The notes beneath the pieces were generated by a model. The model ran no database searches and was not told where the DNA came from. It worked only from the letters and a program-made list of their open reading frames with translations. A stretch of DNA of 64,000 nt from Psilocybe cubensis (Eukaryota). The position numbers and the translations under genes are program-made. This document shows positions 53,962-64,000 of the stretch, piece after piece; position 1 is the first letter of the stretch, and every line of letters starts with the position of its first letter. Where the stretch lies: the NCBI GenBank assembly GCA_017499595.2, contig CM039009.1, forward strand, positions 1,178,001-1,242,000, read 5' to 3'.

Positions 53962-56900
53962 TCAACTACCAGCAATCCTCCGTGCCCGCCTTGGATTCTG
54001 GTTCTCATCGTCCTCTCCGTTTCCATTTCCGTTGGCATACAACGCCGACGTCGATCGCTGAGCGGTTCTTTCCACTATCGAGGTGCCATCTCGGAAACGT
54101 GCGCGGAAGAGTACGTTGGCATTCGTGAAGAGACCTTCCTTCAAAGACACAACAATGAACTGCGAACCCTTGAACCGTGTGCGGAATAACTGGCCAATGT
54201 GTTGTGTGTGGGACAAATCTAGAGCAGCATCGATTTCGTCAAGGATGTACATCGGTGCAGGCTTGAATTGAAGGAGAGCCATGATAAGGGAAAGAGCGAT
54301 CAGTGACCTGTCGAAACGATACGTCAATTTCATGCTTTTCAAGTAATTCCATTTTTGAACACATACCGCTGTCCTCCACTCAGTTCAGTCAAACTCTGTT
54401 TCCATACGGTACCGAGCTGGACTTTAACTTCCAGACCGTCCATAAGATCTTGCCCATCCGGCGGCTGCAGCTTCGCGAAGTTCCCTGGTAATAGTTCTGC
54501 AAATATATCACCGAAGTCTCTGTGAAAATGAGTCCATGTGCTCAGTCCCATAGCCACGCAAGATAAACATGGCTGTCGACTAACTTGCTAACTTTCTCCC
54601 ATGTTTTCTGCAAGGCATCTCTTTTGTACCGATCGAGTTCCTCGATGGTCTCCTCGATCTTGGTTTTATCTTCGTTCACGATTGCCATGTTCTTCTTGAG
54701 GTCCGTTTCCTTCTTCTCGACGCTGGACATTTTGTGTCAAGTATCCGTGAATTGATTGCGAGAAAGTAACACACCTATCAATCATGTTCATAACCTTCGT
54801 GTTAACCTTCTTCTTGAGACCGTCATGCATGGCTTGAAGTTCCTCAGCCTTTTGACGCAAGCCCAGGAGATCAATGGACTTGAAGTCATACTGTGTTCCT
54901 TCCTTGCCAAATTGACTACGTTTCAGTTAGCCTTCTACATTTCGTAAAAGAAATGTTTCCAACTTACTCTTTGTCTGTCTCAATCCACTCATTTGTAGAT
55001 TCGAGCTTTGAGATGGCGTGGGCAACCTTGTTCTTTTCAGTCATATAGCCTTGAATATCATGATCGAGCTGCTGAGTGTCAAGATCAGCCTGTGTGATCT
55101 GTTCTTTGTGCTTTTTGATATCGCGGTCCAATGCCTTCAGCTCTTCGTCAAAGCGGCTCAAAGTGGCCATCTCCTCCTGCAGCCTTTCCTCAGCTTTTGC
55201 ATGTTCGGCCTACGAGGTCAAAGGCATCGAGACAAGTGACAAAGAAGACGGCAACACATACACATGCAACGTCAGCCACATAAATTTAACGGAGCAACGG
55301 GACGACACACGCACCTCACTGGAAGCGACCTGGTTCACAAGTTTATCAAGCTCTTGATGTAAAGCTTCGATCCCAGCGCGTGCTTCCTCGAGCTGCTCCT
55401 TCTCTCCGGAAATGTCATTCTCGAGTTGCTCTGTGAAAAAACAAAGGGAAACGAAAAAAGCACATGGTGCACGTCAGCGGCAAGTTAAGTGGCGCACGCC
55501 ATCAAAATGAACGGAGATGGAGGGAGTGGGGCAGAGTGGGATAAGTGGGATAAAGATAGCCCATACGGCGTACATACCAAGCTCCATATTGGCGGCCTGA
55601 AGCTCCTTCTGCTGTGTCTTCACAATCACCGAGTTCTTCTGGAGCGCGGTTTTTTGCGCCGCTATATTGACCTGCGCGATAATAGAACAACCACATGTTG
55701 CTGTTAGCTCACGGCATCCCACTTTCACCAAACAGTTGCAATGCAGACCTTGAGTTCCTCAATTTTCCCATCTTTATTGTTCTTGAACTCGTCCATGTCG
55801 CGCTCGAGTTTTTTGCATTCCTCCTTTGCCTCCTGTTGCCGGTCTTTGGCACTCTGGAGGGCCTGACGCAGGTTATCAATAATGCCCTTGACCTTCTCGA
55901 CCTCCCCTGCGATCTAAAAACGCAACACGACAAAATTAACGATTTGTCCATGCAGTGATACGCATCGCAACGAAAAGACTTACGAGAGACGCATTGCTTC
56001 CCCCGACTTGCTCTTGAAGAAGCTTCAGTTCATGCTGTTTGATCTCCAGATCACGTGTGAGGCCCTTCCAATTATTGCGCGCGTTCTGAGTTCGCTGCTC
56101 TTCTTGCATAAGGGTCTGAAGCCTATGCTGGGCCTCCCGGAACTTGTTCTCGACACCAATAAGTTCCTGGACCTGAATGAGTGTCTGTGTCGAGCTAGGC
56201 GCAGACCCGCCGCTGAGGGTCCCGGAAGGATCATACACGTCCCCATCGAGTGTGACGGACTTGACGCCAATCTTGAAGGTGACTTCCTTTGCAGTATTAG
56301 GATCGTCGCAAACGAGGGTGTCGCTAAAGATATAGGCGATAGCTTTAGAAACTTCCTCCTCGTATCCTACGAGAGAAAGCGCTGTGCGGACTTTGCCGGG
56401 GGCGAGTCGAGTGGCAGCTTGAAGTTCCTAGAGAAAAAAATAAGCCAATGAGTCATTGGGGTCGCAATCTAGACACAAACCTGGTTTGCGAGAGTGCGGG
56501 CGTTGATTTTATTTAGAGGAATGAAAGTCACTCGTTTCTTTAAGCGTCCGTTCTTGATGAGGTCTTTGCCGACTTTCTCGTCTTCGATGACGACATTGAA
56601 GAGCTTACCGCCGCCTGCGATTTCTAGAGCAGTGGCTTTGTTGTAGTGCTCTTCAGGAAGAGTGATGAGTTGGGCGGCTACACCTTTCACTTTGCGACGG
56701 TCGAAGTTAGGAGTAGGGTCTTCATAGTCAAAGTTTAGCCTAGGGATTCTGGATTTAACTCGCTCGCGTTGCTATTATTTATAGTGTTAGTGAGTAGTTT
56801 TACAGAGCAAAGACAAAATGTGATCGTACCTCTGCAAGATTTTTACACAAATCTCGCGCCTCTCTCAATTGCCTTTCCAATTCCCTATCCTGCTCTGCGC

Positions 56901-58612
56901 CCCAGCCACAGTTTTTGATCTTACCTTCAAGGCCTTCAACTGCAGCTTGAACATTCTCCAGTTTCTTCATGTTATCCCCGGCCTCTTTAGCAAATGCCTG
57001 CATCTTCTTTTCGAGGTTGGCGAGTTCCTTCTCGTTCATGCTGAGCTTCACCTTGTTCTGCTGCTCCTCGGAGGCAGCCTGAGCGATACGCGCCTTCGCG
57101 TCCGCGAGCTGGCCCATATAGCCTCCGCCCTTGTTCTTTGCATTCGATGAGGAAAGGCCAGTGAGGAGAGTTTGCAAGAGCTCTTCATCAGAGGCAAGCT
57201 TTGTCTCGAACTCTGTGTGCTTGTCCTTGATCTTTGTGAACTGGCTTGAGACCTTTTCGACCTCTTTCTTTTTCTTGGCGTAGATCGCATTCGCCTGAAA
57301 AATGACAATTTGGCATGGTAAACGTATTATGAAGTTATATGCAACACACCTCTTTGAGTTGAGCGTCGAGTGTAACGACTTTCTTTTCCTCCTCTTTAAT
57401 GGTTTCGAGCTTGATTTCCGCCTGTGCACGGATTTTGGCCACCTTTTTGCCCTGTTCGGTAACTTCGTCCTGCAGTTTCTTGAGTTTCCCGCCCTTACTC
57501 ATTTCAGCATCTCGCCTCTTTGTCACACCTGCCATTTCTTTCTCCGCAGCCGTAATTGCCTTTAGCGCTTTCATTTTCTGGGTTTTGATGTCGTCTTGTT
57601 TCTTGTTCGCTGCCAAAATATCCGCCTCATACTTGGCCAACTTTTTCTGCCCGTCTGTCCACTCGTACGCGCGCAACTTCCGACCTATCCGCTCCAGCTC
57701 GCTCACGGACTTCTGGTACGCAATGTACGATCGCTTCTCGGCGCGGAGCTTCTCGAGTTTAGGGGTGATTTCCTCATCCAATATGTTCTGCAGCTCTTCG
57801 ACACGTTTCTCCTTCTTTCCCATCGTTTTTTTGGCTTTGTCTTTGCGCTCCTCGAACATACGTGTCCCGGCGGCTTCTTCGACCATACCGAGAATCTCTT
57901 GGGGGCGCATGTTGAGTACCTAAATTTGTGATGTGAAAGACGTCAGAAGGTGCAAAGGGACAAAGAACGCCAAATACCCAATCACCTTTGTGATACGACC
58001 TTGCATAATCACGAAGTTTGGGTTGTTGATATTGAGTTGAACGGATTGAAAGAGTGATTGGATAGTTGCTTGTTGGGATTTGTGACCATTCAGGAAATAC
58101 TTTGACACATTGGGCAGCGCGATCTGAAATAAAGAGATAACAATTGAGTGGTGTCGGCTACTTGAAAGAGTACACGCACCTGACGAGTAACAGTGATTTG
58201 CTTTTGATCCTGGAAGCCAACAGGGCTATTATCTTTGTCGGAGTTGTCAAAGATGATTGACACGCTGGCTTTGACTACACCAGCCTGGCCACGCTTGTAG
58301 ATTAGGTCCACTTGGTTTGACGCGCGCATCTGGAAGACCAAAACGCGTCAAGAATGAAAACATGATGCAGAAGCAGTTGTTCCATGTACCTGGGACATGT
58401 TTGTAATGCCTAGAACAAAACAAATCGCGTCGAGAATGTTGGATTTGCCAGAGCCATTAAGACCAGTGATGGCGTTGAAAGATGGGTCCCATCCCGTAAT
58501 TGCTGTTCGTACTGGGTACGATTTGAAACCTGGAGAAGTGTAGAATAAGCTTCAAGTGTACAATAGGCGCACAGAAAAGCATACCATCGATTACCAGCTC
58601 TTCTATCCGCAT
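53962..58612 (-). CDS. SMC2: Condensin subunit SMC2 (Cut14), multi-exon
   Basis: [49 protein letters not shown], hinge [10 protein letters not shown] and [10 protein letters not shown], signature [13 protein letters not shown], and Walker [14 protein letters not shown]. Confidence 0.98.
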
Positions 58613-59564
58613 ATCTTGTGGCTAAAGGCAAGCTAGAGTGATGGTTTAAAACGCGCCCGCGTGAGTCATGTGGTTTGTTCCAATGTGTCACGACCCCGGT
58701 CACCCTCTTCAGAAGATATGTGACAAAATTGTTTATTGAGCAGATCTGCGCCAAATAATGCCTTTAGTCATCAAAGCTGGTGAAAGGGGCTGTTTGTTTA
58801 ATCGCAAACCGATTCTCTTCCTTGAGGTGCCCAAGGATTACCGTTATGTGCCGAAATTGATTCTTTTCGTGTGGTATGTGATCATGCGACCCAGATAATT
58901 CCCACAAGTAACTGCCTCATGTTGAACATGCACCCTGTTGCACTGGAACGTTTATGTTTTCTTCATATATTCAACAAATACTCAACATTCACTGATCAAC
59001 CTAAACGTTTTTTGGTTCTTTCTGTGATTATCAGAAGAGATCAGTTGAGTAAATGTTGATTCTGAACTAGTTACATGTTAAAGAAGCTAAGAAATCCTTT
59101 CATGCAGATACTCTGCAATGAATAATATGATATCTCGAACTTATCTACACCATGATTATCTTCCGATATCCAGCACATAGTACATACATTGGTGTAGAAA
59201 GGTGTGCACTTCTCACCTGTGCGTTCTAACAAACCGATTCTTTGTTGTGCGATAATAAACACCTCACAATCGCCATTGAAGCTCTCATCCCAATCTCGTC
59301 CTCTGTTGTCATTTCGGCAGTGACATAATCAATGTCGGCTACGTCAGCGCCTATTTTTCGACTGATCGGTGCATCTTAAATTGGACGCGATCGAGGGAAA
59401 TTACGTGCGGGCCAAATTTAAATTGGTTTTCCTAAAGTGAGACCCCGTACTATATGGATACAAAAGCAATCTTGCCCGCGACTTTTGTTCTACTGGCTTC
59501 ATTCCTCTTATCTCTGAACACTCTCCTTTCATTTCATATTCCCCCTCAGCGACTACGAGCAGCT

Positions 59565-62500
59565 ATGCCGCCTATGGAATTTAGCATCACGTTTGATGAG
59601 GAGGAATTGACTGAATTGTCGAGCGATGAAGAGGACGATGCGCCAATGTCCCTTCCAACACCTAAATCAGCACCTCCGCGGCCAGTCATAACAACGGAGC
59701 CTATTGCCCCTGTAGTCCCAGTAAGAGCAAAGTCGACAAGACCAACGACCCAAAAGGCGACGGAGGACAGTCGAGCCCGAAATAATAAAAGCCCTACGGT
59801 CGTTCCTCCCTTGAAAGTCGGTAGATCGACGACGTATTCTATCTCGAGTCTCTTTGGTACTCCTATCAACATATCTTAACTTTTTCACAACTGATTCTTG
59901 TACCTTCAGAATGGCTTAAAAACGGGCCCGAGTCTCTTGACCTTGAAGCGGATTACCAACGAGGTATGTTATCCTTTGTTTCGAAGTTACCTCTCTACTC
60001 ATACATCATCACTTGCATTGTCAGGAATCGTATGGTCCGACGTTAAGCAGGTTGGACTTATCGACTCCATCTTTACAAACTTCTTTATTCCGCCGCTCGT
60101 GTTCAGTAAGTAAAAGGTTTCAAATGACGACCCAATATTGTACCCATGGATGCTCATATGTAGGCGTCACTTATCATCCGGACGGAAGTGAGAGCAGGGT
60201 GTGCATTGACGGAAAACAACGTTTGACTTCTATTCTCAGGTATGTGCGACAGAAATTGGCATATTCATCTATGAACTGAATGCGAATAGGTTTATGCTCG
60301 GAGAGGTTGGTTTGCATCATTGTTCAACTGGTTGATTTTTCCTGAACAAAGCTACCTTTGACATGCATTTTTGTGTGCGATAGATCCATTGTGAGTATTT
60401 TTTTCGCCTTCCGCGTTATGATATGATATTAAATAAAACCAAATTTTAGTTTGGGACCGGTGCGATCGTTTGTAGTTTATGATCAATAAACCCCTCTCAT
60501 TATATTGTCAGACATCAACAGAAAAGAGTTTTCTATCGATCAGCACCTGGAAAACGGCGAAAAGTTCTTGACGACAAAATACGCAAAACTTTCGACCAGA
60601 AGCAGTTAATGTGTTACGAATACGAGTCAGTGACCCCTGAACAAGAGCGAGAGATTTTTCATGTGCGTCGTCAGCCTTTTTCGTTTCAAAATCAAACTTT
60701 TCATGCCGCGTGATTGACTATTTTCAATTTGATAGCGTGTGCAGCTCGGAATGGCCCTTGGACCTGCAGGTGTGTGGCGTAATATCGTACTAAGGAACTA
60801 TGCTTCTCATGAAACTTAATCAACAGATCGACTACCTGCAATCAATGGATCATACGCCGACCTCGTTCGCGCATTACGCTTGAAGATGGAAAGCACCGAA
60901 GGGTTTAGTCATTTCAGCAATGAATCCCGCGGCAAAGATTTCCAGGCCCTCGCGCAAATCGTATACATGATCGAAGAAGGCCTCACAAAAAAGACTTGCG
61001 ACGCGACGACAAAGTACCTCGAAATATTCCTTGCGAAACAAGGCGTCGACACACGGGCGTTGGAAGCAAAGGTTCATTCCGCGATAGACCTCTTTGTCAG
61101 AATCCTTCAAGACCCCGATCTTTCGCTGCCGTTGTTGGAATACCCAATGTGCTCTATGGAATTTGTTATGACGGTGTATCTTGTGCACCTTCATCGGTCT
61201 TTCTCACTGGAACATCTCTCTGTTGCCATTCGCTTCATGCGGCACCATTGGTTCACTGCACTGACCAAAAAATTATTTACCAAGGCGGACACCAAGGCGT
61301 TCTTGCACCTAGCAAACTTCGTGAAAACAATCACAAAGACAAAGGTGATGGATTGGGCAAATCATACACAACCTGTCCTTGTGCACCCCAAAGGCACAAA
61401 TAAACGCGGCAGGGCAAAGACAGCCGAGGACAATGAATCTGTACTCATGACGAAAACACCCGGAAGAAAGAGAAAGGTGGAAGATGACGACGAGGACGAA
61501 GATTCTGATGACGAGTGTCAGAAGATTTCACGACCCAGGAAGAAATTGACTACGACTGTCAAGAAGCAGGGAACAGTGACGCCGGCCTCGACGCCTGCTC
61601 CCACTCCTGCCCCGGATGCGGACAAACTCAAGATGAAGATCGAAAAGGCTATATCATCGACAAGGAAAGCGAAGACGACGATCAAGAGAGTATCGCCGAC
61701 AAAACGTAAATCCGTTCCGGTACCCACCGCGTTTGCTGCAAAACCTTCTCGCTCTGGAAGTGTGCTGAATCAGGTTGCGAAACCGTCCATCAAACCTGGC
61801 CAGCGCAGCGTGTCGGCATCGACGCCTCAGCCCTGTGATCCATTTGGGCCACTTGATTTTTCGCCATCTGTATCTAGAGCCTCGTCCACTACGTCTACTT
61901 CACGTCTTCCTCCTGCCGCTGGAGATGCTGCTCCAAGCGCAGGTGTTAAACCTCCCATTTCGGTGGCCCAAACAGCAACGACAGCGCCGGCAACACCCAT
62001 AGCACCAACTACACCAACAGTACCAATAGTACCAACAGCACCAACAGCACCGATCAACACTCCAGTCGCGTTCGGAGGCATTGCCACCCCGAGAGCGTCT
62101 CCGATGACATACGAAACTCAGATTGTCAGTGCAAGTGCCGGTCTCGCCTCGCCTCCCCCTTCTTCAGCGTCATCTTCTGCGATGGACGACGGCCACCGGT
62201 TGGCGCCGCTCAGACGCGCACAAGCTGCTGACAGACTCGGAAACAGAGGCTCGTTCAGTGACAGCGCGTCGTCGTCGATGCCTCCGTTATCTGAACTGCT
62301 AGGACGTAGACAATCGTCGGACAGCTCGGGTTCTTCTATTCCTATGTCAGGTAGTTCTGGAAGCACATTGCCCGGCAAGCGTTCGTTCTCGGCGCCGAAT
62401 GCTACCACAAATGGCGACGCCGCACCTGCTCAAGTTGTTTCTACGAGCACACCCACAAACTCAATGTCGGGCCCAGAGATGGAAGCCTATCTGCTATGCC

Positions 62501-62850
62501 AGCAACGCCCAGTTAACAACAACATTCACAGCCATGCAAATGGGGTTCCAAAGCACCCTCAGGCGGCCCCGCAATCTCCTCCCAGCGACCCACGACTGCG
62601 CGTGCAAGTTCAGCGCGAATCGTCGAGCGTTGTAAAGACGAGTACCGAGAGTAGGCTGCCCACGCCGCCACAGTCTGGGCAGTCGCCGCAGGTCTCGCAG
62701 GAACAATTGTTTGCGAGGCCAACGCATACACATGAGCAGATGACGACGGCAACAGCTGCTGCTGGGATTTCGCCATCTGCGCGGGTTTGGCCTGGCCAGA
62801 CTGGACCTCAACATCCGTATCCTGTTCCAGGGGATCGTAATAACAGATAA
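59565..62850 (+). CDS. DUF262 (GmrSD N-terminal, ParB/Srx-like NTPase fold) domain protein with long disordered C-terminus, about 900 aa, 10 exons
   Basis: Spliced product has LDLEADYQRGIVW, GLIDSIFTNFFIPP, VCIDGKQRLTSI and EREIFHRVQLGMAL, matching the DUF262 motif series. GT-AG introns with 7-nt (60384-60390) and 10-nt (60450-60459) exons keep frame into ORF 60880-62850. Confidence 0.85.
62002..62052 (+). repeat. 9-bp coding tandem repeat encoding (A/T/V)P(T/I)
   Basis: gcaccaact acaccaaca gtaccaata gtaccaaca gcaccaaca gcaccg. Confidence 0.8.
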
Positions 62851-64000
62851 TGATCGCTGCCTGGTTTCTGGTTCGACGGCGGGTGACCCGGGCTAGCCTA
62901 GCCCTCCATGTCTTGATTGTTGCGGATGGTCCGACGACGACGACTCACTTGTTAGTCGTATAGTGGTACCGTCCTCCCCGCGACACCACTTGCAATTTTA
63001 TTTGCGCACGTCCATAACATGGGCAACGCGCATTCTCATTCGACCCAACCGCCACTTTAAATCTATTTGCATCTTTTGACCCATTTTCGTTCTCCGAGGT
63101 TCGACTCAACTCACTTGATCAGGCAAACGGCGCGCCGCATTGCACATTTATTGACACAGGCCACCTTTATTTTGGCTTTTTCAGCATCATCATCATTTCC
63201 ATGATTGCCATCTTGATACTCATTTCTTGAATCATCTTTCGACTTTCTTGCAACACTTTGTTCTTTTTCACCGTTTATTATCCCACTGCTCCAATTTTAG
63301 CAGCGATTTTGCTACTCACACTACCATTGATGAACAACCATGACCAACCATGAAGCCCGTAGCGTAAGAATTCATATAATCCCTCCTACATACTATATAC
63401 TTGCCACTCCAGATTCCAATTTGCCACACAATGCAGACCTCACAGAACGTTGAGATTGCAGCCTCGTGTAAATACAAATACCTCGTGTTTCAATTCTGTA
63501 CTTGTATTTCTTGAAATGATACATTGGACAAGCGTCCAGCAATTAATATTCCGAAATATCCTGCTTGTGTGCCAACAGATGATCACACTGGGGCTCCACA
63601 CTAGCCCCGTTTGCAATGCTCGCGAGCGAGTCTTACTTTGCAGGCTCAACTCAAAGCATTCTTGCAGTCGATCCTCTTCCTCCTCACTTCACCTAGGCAC
63701 ACCCGGCGGCACAACTGTTCTTACTGACGTCTCTGCACGTTTATTTGGCGCTAGTAACTTTATTCAAAACCCCATGGATTATATTCTGAATAGTCAGATA
63801 TCGCCGCGGCATCAGAAGTGTCGGACCGAGAAGTCTTCAGTTGCTGGTTGCCATATGCATACGGCAGTGCCGTTACTTAAGAAGTAGCGCGAAAAATATC
63901 CTTCTCTGTCTGTTCTCATCCCTATAACCTACTCGCAAAACGCCCCCCGCTGGCGGCCCTGCAAATCCCACAAGTCGATGAGCTTCCTCCATCGCCGACG

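Noticed and set aside
59454-59564. Upstream in-frame ATG giving the DUF262 protein a hydrophobic signal-like leader
   Set aside because: The pyrimidine-rich stretch looks like promoter or 5' UTR, and the protein has nuclear features. ATG 59565 is preferred but not proven.
63440-64000. ORFs near the right edge (63450-63887 plus, 63440-63649 minus)
   Set aside because: No motifs or consistent splice model. This may be the end of a gene lying outside the window.

Overview
Eukaryotic, intron-rich fungal DNA. Short 50-60 nt GT-AG introns, micro-exons and agaric-type F-box genes point to an Agaricomycete basidiomycete. I reconstructed about 20 protein-coding genes by hand from splice signals plus the ORF track. 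In order: F-box-like, DUF2470, DenD-like NAD-dependent dehydrogenase/epimerase, class II ketose-bisphosphate aldolase, second F-box-like, MTO1, TauD-family dioxygenase, GPN1, stand-alone SRA/YDG protein, KIN1, STL1-like sugar porter and CDK1. A gene-poor degenerate zone follows (about 30-41 kb) with an orphan acidic protein, a secreted protein, a 198-bp tandem duplication and a possible solo LTR. After it come an Msb1/Mug8-domain protein, a small membrane protein, an OPT transporter, KSH1, condensin SMC2 and, head-to-head with SMC2, an intron-containing DUF262 (GmrSD-N/ParB-like) protein with no nuclease domain. Most notable: the SMC2-DUF262 divergent pair, the DenD-aldolase sugar-acid catabolism pair, an MCB-box cluster in the long CDK1 intron, a GA-AG intron, two GC-AG introns and the stand-alone SRA reader. 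No rRNA, tRNA or CRISPR array was recognised. Family calls come from motif recognition only; no database search was run.
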